6,672 bases of DNA. Origin: Candidatus Woesearchaeota archaeon (GTDB lineage: Archaea > Nanobdellota > Nanobdellia > Nanobdellales > Nanobdellaceae). Positions 1-5,927 of the stretch are shown here, piece by piece. The notes below the pieces were generated by a model. The model was not told where the DNA came from, did no database searches, and saw only the letters and a list, made by a program, of their open reading frames with translations. The number at the start of each line of letters is the position of its first letter. Position 1 is the stretch's first letter. The position numbers and the translations under genes are program-made. Location of the stretch: NCBI GenBank assembly GCA_964468425.1, contig CAYXSZ010000053.1, positions 1 through 6,672 on the forward strand, given 5' to 3'.

Positions 1-290
1 TTTTTATAATACTCTTTCCAAGTTTTTACATCTATGATATGTACTTCAAATGGATTTGGTCTTCCAATTCGCTTTTCAACTAATACCCTAAATTTTGCCC
101 TTTCATATTCATCAACTTTCTTTCTTAAAACAATAGCAATATCTATATCGCTTTGCGGTTTATAGTCTCCTCTAACTACGCTACCAAACACATATAAAGC
201 TACAAAATTTTTACCAAAATATTCTTCTGCCAGCTTCTTAATTATCTTGGAAAATTTTATATAATCTTTTCTATATTCCTCATAATTTTC
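1..290 (-). CDS. Minimal nucleotidyltransferase (MNT, Pol-beta superfamily), partner of the adjacent HEPN gene. The 3' end leaves the window and there is no in-frame start codon, so a 5' frameshift is possible.
   Basis: Not in the ORF track. My own minus-strand translation (codons starting at 284, 281 ... 5) gives YEEYRKDYIKFSKIIKKLAEEYFGKNFVALYVFGSVVRGDYKPQSDIDIAIVLRKKVDEYERAKFRVLVEKRIGRPNPFEVHIIDVKTWKEYYK. G-S-x2-R-G-D followed by S-D-I-D-I is the catalytic signature of Pol-beta-type NTases. The frame is closed upstream by TAA 293-291 and has no ATG/GTG/TTG before GTG 191-189, which lies 2 codons before the G-S motif. The only nearby ATG (283-281) is one base out of frame and stops after 8 codons (TAA 259-257). 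Confidence 0.8.
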
Positions 291-311
291 TTATAATACC
301 TTCTATTAGTT

Positions 312-676
312 TTATAACCATCTTTTAAATTCGGATTTAAATTTGTCGACGAGCTTAAAACATTCTATTGCAGTCTTTTCTCCGTATTCTGTGTCCGTAT
401 ATCTAGCTCCAATATAAGCGTCTTGTAAGATATCGATAATTATTCTATTTTCTTGAGAAAATCTTTTGCTTTATTATCTACTTTACTTAAACTCTCAAAA
501 AGTAAAACCAAATTGTGAGTTCTTGGAAAATCTTCAAATGTTTTGTACAAAATGTGTTTTATGTAGAGCTGCAAAGCTTGTTCTAACATAAAAATAGCAT
601 AAGTATAATCATTGTTTTCGAATGCTAATCTTGCTAATTTTTCAAACCTTTCTGCCTTGTTTTTTAGGAAGTTCAT
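312..676 (-). pseudogene. HEPN-domain protein (PF05168-like) with its reading frame broken by a 1-nt frame change. This is either a pseudogene or an assembly indel.
   Basis: The ORF track shows only 440..676 (78 aa, containing ...FEDFPRTHNLVLLFESL...). The neighbouring minus-strand frame, open from 470 to TAA 314-312, reads SKRFSQENRIIIDILQDAYIGARYTDTEYGEKTAIECFKLVDKFKSEFKRWL. That is the missing C-terminal helices of a HEPN domain, including the Y-x-x-ARY motif. The two frames overlap at 443-470, a stretch with A4/T4/A4 runs. The joined length of about 120 aa is a normal HEPN size. Confidence 0.8.
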
Positions 677-700
677 AAATTATTTATTTATTTTAAAGCA

Positions 701-710
701 ATTTAAAAAT
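701..710 (-). promoter_or_regulatory. TATA-like box (minus-strand ATTTTTAAAT) for the HEPN/MNT pair, placed for a leaderless transcript
   Basis: The AT-rich box is centred about 29 nt upstream of the HEPN ATG (676). The whole 677-710 spacer is AT-rich, so specificity is low. Confidence 0.25.
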
Positions 711-845
711 ATGGTAAAAATATTTCTTAAAGGTGAAAACGTAAGTTTGGGAGTAATTGATAAGGAATCTCAACAATTTTTGGGATGGGCTGGAAAGATG
801 ATACCTTCTAAAGAAACGATCGAAGAAAGATATAGAAAAGTTTAA
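711..845 (+). CDS. Hypothetical 44-aa ORF, possibly a 5' gene fragment or spurious
   Basis: This is the internal Met of the 612..845 track ORF: MVKIFLKGENVSLGVIDKESQQFLGWAGKMIPSKETIEERYRKV. The first 33 codons of the track ORF are antisense to the HEPN gene and were discarded. The L-K-G-E-N-V-x-L start loosely resembles N-termini of RimJ-like GNAT acetyltransferases, but the ORF is far too short for a full domain. Confidence 0.2.
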   Translation: MVKIFLKGENVSLGVIDKESQQFLGWAGKMIPSKETIEERYRKV

Positions 846-1283
846 TTTCACCTTTCATTAAAAGAGTTTTCTACGCAACGAACACTCCCCTGTCATACAA
901 GGCTATCAAAGCTATGCCATCCTTTAAGAAAGTAATTATAACTGGATTTGACTCAGAAATTGCTTTCCAGAATTCTGTAAGCGTATAGACTTGGTGATGA
1001 AGGATTCCTCGAGTACCAGCATTGCATACAATTTCTGCTTTAATTCAGTAAAAGTATGCTGTTTTACGTCAGTGTCGTCAATTACAACATAAACATTGGT
1101 ATCCGATTTAGGAGTACCTTCCCTTTACATAACATTAATAAATACAGATATCATCGGATGCTCCTCTTTCAGGTGCGTAGCATACTCTAAAGGATCGTTT
1201 AATACCATGTTCACAACATCTATCGGGTTTATGTGAGAAGCGATGGAAACAATTGCCAACGGGAAGGCGAAACCCTGCAACAT
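841..1283 (-). pseudogene. Decayed nucleotidyltransferase-family gene with in-frame stops, a frameshift and a lost catalytic motif
   Basis: Own minus-strand translation. From ATG 1283: MLQGFAFPLAIVSIASHINPIDVVNMVLNDPLEYATHLKEEHPMISVFINVM*(TAA 1127-1125)REGTPKSDTNVYVVIDDTDVKQHTFTELKQKLYAML... The frame then changes somewhere in about 1000-1060 to ...IKAEIVCNAGTRGILHHQVYTLTEFWKAISESNPVIITFLKDGIALIALYDRGVFVA*(TAG 873-871)KTLLMKGEIK. The pattern [hFGS..RGE]-x-SD[ID]-VVIDD ... TL-EFW ... NP ... L-DG-AL-YD-G-F matches archaeal NTase-domain proteins as I recall them. Here G-S is replaced by (I)N-V-M and D-I-D by D-T-N. The same frame may extend upstream to about 1358 through another stop. Confidence 0.55.
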
Positions 1284-1433
1284 AAGAGGTTTTGTATATG
1301 ATTTTTAGGCTTTGCCATCTGGATATTGTTGTGAAGATGTGAGATTTTCCTCTAGCATTTCTTAATCAATTTTCGAGCTCTACACTGGAAGATTAGAAAC
1401 TTCCTGGAACTACCAAGATAATTCCATTATGAA

Positions 1434-2612
1434 TTATTTTTCAAACAATTTAACTAAAAACCTTGGAATGTCTTCCTCCTCTAAAACTATCACACTTTTT
1501 GGATACCTCCTGTGAGGCTTCCCCACCTTGACTTCTACTTTTAGGTTATCTGCAATAGCGTCAATTTCGTAAGAGTTCTTGTAATAATAGATTTCTCCGA
1601 ATTTTCTGTAGAGATGCTCTTGGACGATCCATTCATAGAGGAAATCTTTTCTCACTTCCTTTCTACACCACAGTGCGAAAGCTCTAGTAATGAATGGATC
1701 TCTGAACATTATTTTCTTTTCTTTCCTAAACGAAACTTCCCTATCCTTCCAGTAAATAACTTTGGCTAAAAATAAGTCTTGAAACATCTCTATATAACTC
1801 TCTACAGTTTTGTGTGATATGCCAAGTTTTTGGGCAATTGAATGATACGATAAAGCTGAGGGAACCATATCAAACAAAGTTGAAATTATTTTCTTAGCCA
1901 ACTCTATACTTTTATCTAAACTGACTATTTCTCTTTCGAAAGCTTTAATAAATTCGTCTTCAGAAAAAATTTTATTAATGGGCTTTGGAAATCCTCCAGA
2001 TAAAGTATATTCTTCAAATATTTCTTGAATTTCGTGATCTTTTTTACTATCTACACCCACCACCTCTAAGAACTCTGGAAAAGATAGTGGTAAAGCTAAA
2101 ATATCCTTGCCTTTTCCTCTCCTTCCGATAAAGGATTCTGCGTGCTTGAGAATGTTTATCGTTGAAGATCCGCTAACTATTATAACATCCCTTTCAAATT
2201 CTCCTAGATCAACGAATCCTTTAACAATCCTATACCATTCCTTGAGATATGATGCCTCATCTAGAAATATGAAGGAAGTTTTAACATTTTCCTTTTTCCT
2301 TAGCTTAAAGTAATACATTAAAGCTTCTCTAAACTCTTTTACATCTGCGAATAACTCTAAATCTAAATACAAAACTTGAAATGGATTTCCAGTTTTGGAA
2401 AGAATGTGTTTAATCAATAACTTCAAACCAGTTGTTTTCCCAACCTGTCTTGGACCGATGACGAAGTTTAGGCTAAAGGGTTCCAAGGAAATTTCGTCAA
2501 GCCATCTTGGAATCCACTTTATTTTCATTAAATTGTAATCTTTCAGGTGTTTATCTTTCTCTTCCCAGCTATCTCCTTCCCACCAGGGATTTAATTTCCA
2601 TAGTAATTCCAT
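1434..2612 (-). CDS. COG1373-type AAA ATPase with C-terminal wHTH and a DUF4143 (PD-(D/E)xK-like) domain
   Basis: This is the track ORF 1434..2630. Walker A is GPRQVGKTT and Walker B is SFIFLDEASY. The N-terminal LNPWWEG is typical of the family. The C-terminal NSYEIDAIADNLKVEVKVGK fits an E-x-D ... E-V-K nuclease-type motif. I place the start at ATG 2612 (MELLWKLNPWW...) rather than the track's TTG 2630, because a TTTATAAA box at 2635-2642 is centred about 26 nt upstream of 2612 and would sit only 5 nt from the TTG. Confidence 0.9.
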   Translation of the reverse strand: MELLWKLNPWWEGDSWEEKDKHLKDYNLMKIKWIPRWLDEISLEPFSLNFVIGPRQVGKTTGLKLLIKHILSKTGNPFQVLYLDLELFADVKEFREALMYYFKLRKKENVKTSFIFLDEASYLKEWYRIVKGFVDLGEFERDVIIVSGSSTINILKHAESFIGRRGKGKDILALPLSFPEFLEVVGVDSKKDHEIQEIFEEYTLSGGFPKPINKIFSEDEFIKAFEREIVSLDKSIELAKKIISTLFDMVPSALSYHSIAQKLGISHKTVESYIEMFQDLFLAKVIYWKDREVSFRKEKKIMFRDPFITRAFALWCRKEVRKDFLYEWIVQEHLYRKFGEIYYYKNSYEIDAIADNLKVEVKVGKPHRRYPKSVIVLEEEDIPRFLVKLFEK

Positions 2613-2634
2613 TGGTAATATTGCTACCAAGATG

Positions 2635-2642
2635 TTTATAAA
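2635..2642 (-). promoter_or_regulatory. TATA box (TTTATAAA) for the ATPase gene, implying a leaderless mRNA
   Basis: This is a consensus-like archaeal TATA element. Its centre at about 2638.5 lies 26-27 nt from the A of ATG 2612. Confidence 0.4.
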
Positions 2643-2673
2643 TCTTTGATATTGTCAATAAAGTTAAAGTCGT

Positions 2674-2698
2674 GGTACAAATCCAACTAATTTGTACC
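2674..2698. repeat. Perfect 9-bp inverted repeat GGTACAAAT-(7 nt)-ATTTGTACC
   Basis: Read directly: arm 2674-2682 (ggtacaaat), loop 2683-2689 (ccaacta), arm 2690-2698 (atttgtacc). It lies 30-60 nt upstream of the ATPase TATA box, and its right arm overlaps the stop codon (2700-2698) of the ATPase remnant. Confidence 0.85.
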
Positions 2699-3045
2699 TA
2701 ATTGCTCTGGAACAACTTCATTAAAAACTTCAGTATATCTCCCTTTTAAAGAATATTCATGATTAGTAGAATCAATATGTTATTAGCTTTCGTTTTAATG
2801 TTGATAACATTAAGTTTATGGTGAACTGGTGCGATCTAAAGATCATATCGGTTTCTGCTAAATATTTTGCGAATAACTTTTGCTATAAATTTTAATATTC
2901 AATTTGAACGATTGTAATATTTGAAAATGACGAATATTGTAGTATTCAACATCTTTTCTTTGTGTGACATGCCGAGTTTTTTGGGAAATTGTAATGGTAG
3001 AGGGGGTGTGGTCGCCCAGATCACCACGCAAGTATTTCTACTTCG
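2698..3045 (-). pseudogene. Truncated, frameshifted remnant of a second COG1373/DUF4143 ATPase (3' third only), in tandem with the intact copy
   Basis: Nucleotide similarity to the intact gene: 2959-2999 versus 1809-1847 (tttgtgtgaCatgccGagtttttTgggAaattgTaatgGta) gives about 35 identical of 39 aligned positions plus two 1-nt indels by hand alignment. Protein-level echoes across several frames are ...ISQK(L)G(M)SHK.., VEYYNI..FQIL.., and the C-terminus HKLNVINIKTK...KGDILKFLMKLFQSN*, compared with intact DNLKVEVKVGK...EEDIPRFLVKLFEK*. There are multiple stops and frame changes plus an internal deletion, and no AAA-domain portion is detectable upstream. Confidence 0.65.
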
Positions 3046-3062
3046 AAAGAAACGTACATTCT

Positions 3063-3380
3063 ATGGCAGTTGGAAGAGAATACTTGGCTCTTTACTTGCT
3101 GTGCAAGTTGTACCTAGAACAGGGAGAGCCTGAAGGCTTCGTAGAGTTTGAAGACCTTGAAGATTTGGCAGAAGATTTGTTTCAAGAGGAGATCACAGCT
3201 GACGATCTTCGAAGAAGTCTCGAATTTTGGCAGGCTTTTTACGATTTCGAGGTCTTAAATAACCAGATTCTGTGCAGAATCCCTAGATACCTGGCTGAGT
3301 TTATAGTAAATGTTTTCGAGGATTCCATCAAGGCGCACCCACTCGTCCTAATAGCTAATCCGAGAATAGGTAGAAACTAA
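3063..3380 (+). CDS. Hypothetical acidic protein (105 aa), family not recognised
   Basis: This is the track ORF 2964..3380 trimmed to internal ATG 3063, because 2964-3045 is antisense to the ATPase remnant. Sequence: MAVGREYLALYLLCKLYLEQGEPEGFVEFEDLEDLAEDLFQEEITADDLRRSLEFWQAFYDFEVLNNQILCRIPRYLAEFIVNVFEDSIKAHPLVLIANPRIGRN. Composition is similar to valS (27/60 GC in line 3121-3180). T-tracts follow it. I see no recognisable motif. Confidence 0.4.
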   Translation: MAVGREYLALYLLCKLYLEQGEPEGFVEFEDLEDLAEDLFQEEITADDLRRSLEFWQAFYDFEVLNNQILCRIPRYLAEFIVNVFEDSIKAHPLVLIANPRIGRN

Positions 3381-3414
3381 TTTGATTTTGAAGCTCGGAG
3401 CTCCCCTTTCCTCG

Positions 3415-3427
3415 TTTTTTGATTTTT
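3415..3427 (+). terminator. Oligo-T tracts (T6, GA, T5), a candidate archaeal terminator after the 3063-3380 ORF
   Basis: Sequence cctcgTTTTTTgaTTTTTaat lies 35 nt after the stop. Archaeal RNA polymerase terminates at oligo-T runs. Confidence 0.3.
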
Positions 3428-3463
3428 AATACATCCTTTGCTCCTCCAACCAAACCTATCTCC

Positions 3464-3521
3464 GCGAAGCAGACTTCGCAATTTTCCCTCAGTTGTTGCA
3501 ATGTGTAGGCTAGGGGAATAT
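3464..3521 (+). other. Two adjacent potential stem-loops in the region upstream of valS, function unknown
   Basis: Hairpin 1 is gcgaag(3464-3469)-caga-cttcgc(3474-3479), a perfect 6-bp stem. Hairpin 2 pairs 3481-3492 (attttccctcag) with 3510-3521 (ctaggggaatat): 10 of 12 positions pair, including one G-U, with a 17-nt loop. The region is locally more GC-rich than the surrounding intergenic DNA. Confidence 0.3.
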
Positions 3522-3656
3522 CGCTCCAAAACTAAAAAGTATCTGGACGAGTTTACACCACCTTATGGTAGAGTCATTTATAAACAGTTTTATCAGCTTA
3601 AATCCTTCGAAGCCTAAAAACAAAGTTTAAGAAAGAGTTAAACCGTTTAAAAATAA

Positions 3657-5921
3657 ATGGATAAGCGTTGGGACTTTAGGCTCGTGGAAGAGAAATATAA
3701 GAGATCGAAGAAGCGCTGGGAATCTGAGGGAGACCAGCTGGTTTTCATAGACACACCACCTCCATATCCAGGACCAAATTGGCATATAGGAGCCGTTTTG
3801 TCATACACTTTGCAAGATTTCGTAGCCAGATCCTTAAGAAAGCTCGGATACAAGGTAGTATTTCCCTGTTGTTTCGACGGAAATGGAATACCGATAGAAC
3901 TATACCTCGAGAAGTACAAGAAGATTTATCCGAAAGATTACCCGAGAGAAGAGTTTGTTAAAATTTGTAGAAAAGTTTTAGACGAGTGGAGAGCAAACAT
4001 GAAAGGAATTCTCGTAAATTACTTGTGTTCGATGGATTATGATAACATCTATAACACGGATGACCACGATTATAGAAAGTTTACTCAGGAAACTTTCAGA
4101 AAACTGTGGAATGAAGGGTTGATCTACAAAGGAAAGAGACCTTCCCTGTACTGTCCGAAGTGCAAAACCGTTATCGGGGAGAGCGAAGTTGAGTACAAAA
4201 CTGAAAAGGGTAAGCTAGTCTACATAAGGTTTAAACTTAAGGATTCCGAGGATTACATAACTATAGCCACCACCCGTCCCGAATACCTCGGAGCTTGTAA
4301 GCTCATATTAGTTCATCCGGATGACGAGAGATACAAGAATTACCATGGAAAGAAAGCAATAGTCCCTATTTACAACAGAGAAGTTGAAATAAGACCACAT
4401 CCCAATGCGAATCCAGAGTTCGGTACGGGAGCTGTGATGATTTGTTCGTTTGGTGATTGGTCCGATGTCCAAATCTTCAGAGAGTTCGGTTTAGAGCCTG
4501 TAGAAATAATAGATCTGGATGGGAAGTTCAAAATAGATCCTATAAGGGGGTTGTCTACTAAAGATGCCAGAGAAAAGATGATAGAAGTTTTAGAAAGAGA
4601 AGGATTTGTCGAAAAGATCGAAGACATAGAACACGACGTTCCCGTTCACGAAAGATGCGAAACCGAAATAGAAATCGTTCCTATAGAGGCGTATTTCTTA
4701 AAACAATTGGAATTCGTCGAAGACTTAAAGGAAATTATAAAATACATAAAGTTCTATCCCGAGAGGTATAGACAAAATCTTGTCAACTGGATAAACAGCT
4801 TGAAGACCGATTGGCCAATATCGAGGAACAGGTACTACGCTACGGAAGTTCCCGTATGGATATGTGAGAAATGCAACCATGTAGAGCTGGGAGAAGGATA
4901 TGTAATTCCCTGGAAGGAGGAAAAGGTTTGTCCCAAATGCGGAGCCAAGATGAGAGGGGAAACAGATGTATTAGACACTTGGATGGACTCGTCAATCTCC
5001 GTTTTATATCTTGTAAAAAGTTATTGCGAACGAGAAAATCTGGATTGGAGAGAAGCTTTCAGGAAAGCAATAACCATAAGACCTCAAGGTTACGATATAA
5101 TAAGAACTTGGCTTTACTACTCTATATTAAGAGTTTATCAGCTGGAGGGAACGAACGCATTCGATTGGGTCATAATTAACGGAATGGGGCTAGACAAACA
5201 TGGAAGAAAAATGAGTAAAAGATACGGAAACGTAATAGATCCTGTGGATCTCGTAGAAAAGTACGGAGCGGATGCTATTAGATTTTGGTTCGCTATGGAG
5301 GTCCAGGTCGGAGAAGATTATAGAATAAACGAAGACAAAATAGCAGGTATATCCAAGTTCTTTAACAAGCTTTGGAACATCGCAAGATACATTAAACAGT
5401 ATCCCAAAGTTGATTCGGTCAAGGATCTCTATCCAACTGACGAATGGATCGTTGAAGAAGCAAAGCTATTAGAAAAACGAACCATCGAGCATCTAAAGAA
5501 CTTTGAGTTTTGTAAAGTTGCAAGAGAGCTTTACAACTTCGTATGGGACAAGTTTGCGAACCATTACATTGAGTTATCAAAAAACAGAGCAAAGAATGGA
5601 GATCAAAGAGTGTATTACACGCTATACTATGTTATGGACACCGTGCTAAGGATTCTAAACATCTTCTCACCCGCAACGACCTGGTATCTTTACAAGGAGC
5701 TTTTTGGAGAGGATGTCGAGGTAAAGAAGCTCAACGATCCAGGGAAAATTAAGCACGAGCTTATATTCAAAGGTAAGAAACTTTTAGAGTTCAACAAGGA
5801 GGTCTGGAAAATCAAAACTGAAAGGGGAATGAAGCTGAAGGATGAAATTCAAATAGAGATTCCCAAGGAGCTTAAGGATTTTGAAGAGGACTTAAAAGCC
5901 ATGCACCACATTGTTACTTAA
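3657..5921 (+). CDS. valS: Valyl-tRNA synthetase (class I aaRS, archaeal type, 754 aa)
   Basis: Track ORF. The N-terminal nucleotide-binding signature is IDTPPPYPGPNWHIGAVLSY. The CP1 editing-domain motifs are ATTRPEYLGA...VHPDDERY and EFGTGAVMICSFGD. Also present are DWPISRNRYYATEVPVW, DVLDTWMDSS, RPQGYDIIRTW and the KMSKS loop as GRKMSKRYGN (5208-5222). Cys pairs CPKC and CEKC...CPKC suggest Zn knuckles. These motifs fit ValRS rather than Leu/Ile/MetRS. Confidence 0.95.
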   Translation: MDKRWDFRLVEEKYKRSKKRWESEGDQLVFIDTPPPYPGPNWHIGAVLSYTLQDFVARSLRKLGYKVVFPCCFDGNGIPIELYLEKYKKIYPKDYPREEFVKICRKVLDEWRANMKGILVNYLCSMDYDNIYNTDDHDYRKFTQETFRKLWNEGLIYKGKRPSLYCPKCKTVIGESEVEYKTEKGKLVYIRFKLKDSEDYITIATTRPEYLGACKLILVHPDDERYKNYHGKKAIVPIYNREVEIRPHPNANPEFGTGAVMICSFGDWSDVQIFREFGLEPVEIIDLDGKFKIDPIRGLSTKDAREKMIEVLEREGFVEKIEDIEHDVPVHERCETEIEIVPIEAYFLKQLEFVEDLKEIIKYIKFYPERYRQNLVNWINSLKTDWPISRNRYYATEVPVWICEKCNHVELGEGYVIPWKEEKVCPKCGAKMRGETDVLDTWMDSSISVLYLVKSYCERENLDWREAFRKAITIRPQGYDIIRTWLYYSILRVYQLEGTNAFDWVIINGMGLDKHGRKMSKRYGNVIDPVDLVEKYGADAIRFWFAMEVQVGEDYRINEDKIAGISKFFNKLWNIARYIKQYPKVDSVKDLYPTDEWIVEEAKLLEKRTIEHLKNFEFCKVARELYNFVWDKFANHYIELSKNRAKNGDQRVYYTLYYVMDTVLRILNIFSPATTWYLYKELFGEDVEVKKLNDPGKIKHELIFKGKKLLEFNKEVWKIKTERGMKLKDEIQIEIPKELKDFEEDLKAMHHIVT

Positions 5922-5927
5922 TTTTTT
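5922..5927 (+). terminator. T6 tract immediately after the valS stop codon
   Basis: TAA at 5919-5921 is followed directly by tttttt. Confidence 0.4.

Noticed and set aside
443-470. Programmed ribosomal frameshift in the HEPN gene
   Set aside because: I see no recognisable slippery heptamer with a downstream structure. Short homopolymer runs make a simple indel (mutation or sequencing error) the simpler explanation. The partner MNT is also damaged.
612-710. N-terminal 33 codons of the 77-aa plus-strand track ORF
   Set aside because: They are antisense to the HEPN coding sequence and run through the AT-rich promoter spacer. Only the part from ATG 711 is free-standing, and even that is doubtful.
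994-1000. C-box-like GTGATGA (also 4434-4440), as possible C/D box sRNA
   Set aside because: There is no CTGA D box at the expected 50-70 nt distance and no C'/D' pair or terminal stem. Both lie inside pseudogene or coding sequence. The 5929-5990 region has CTGA (5950-5953) but no proper C box.
2107-2313. 68-aa plus-strand track ORF
   Set aside because: It lies entirely antisense within the well-supported ATPase gene, has low-complexity S/L/P-rich sequence, and shows no motif.
2613-2630. TTG 2630 as the ATPase start (MVAILP extension)
   Set aside because: The TATA box at 2635-2642 would sit only 5 nt upstream of it. ATG 2612 gives the family-typical N-terminus and correct leaderless spacing.
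3000-3030. GC-rich patch (gagggggtgtggtcgcccagatcaccacgc) as a possible tRNA or tRNA-half gene
   Set aside because: It forms only one 7-bp hairpin (3006-3029). I find no cloverleaf arms or T-loop GTTC(R)A motif, and it lies inside the ATPase-remnant homology.
2921-3133. 70-aa track ORF, and the 2964-3062 extension of the 138-aa ORF
   Set aside because: This interval is the antisense of the recognisable ATPase-remnant sequence, so the openness is probably incidental. I trimmed the 138-aa ORF to ATG 3063.
3381-3656. T-box-like riboswitch or tRNA-sensing leader upstream of valS
   Set aside because: T-boxes are bacterial. No specifier loop or T-box sequence is visible, and the likely valS TATA element lies downstream of the hairpins. 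It is kept only as a weak structured-RNA lead.
3647-5179. Track ORFs 3647..3919(-), 3779..3961(+), 4370..4627(-) and 4871..5179(+)
   Set aside because: All are alternative-frame or antisense ORFs nested in valS, whose own frame carries the full set of ValRS motifs. Their R/S/L-rich compositions are typical of off-frame translation.
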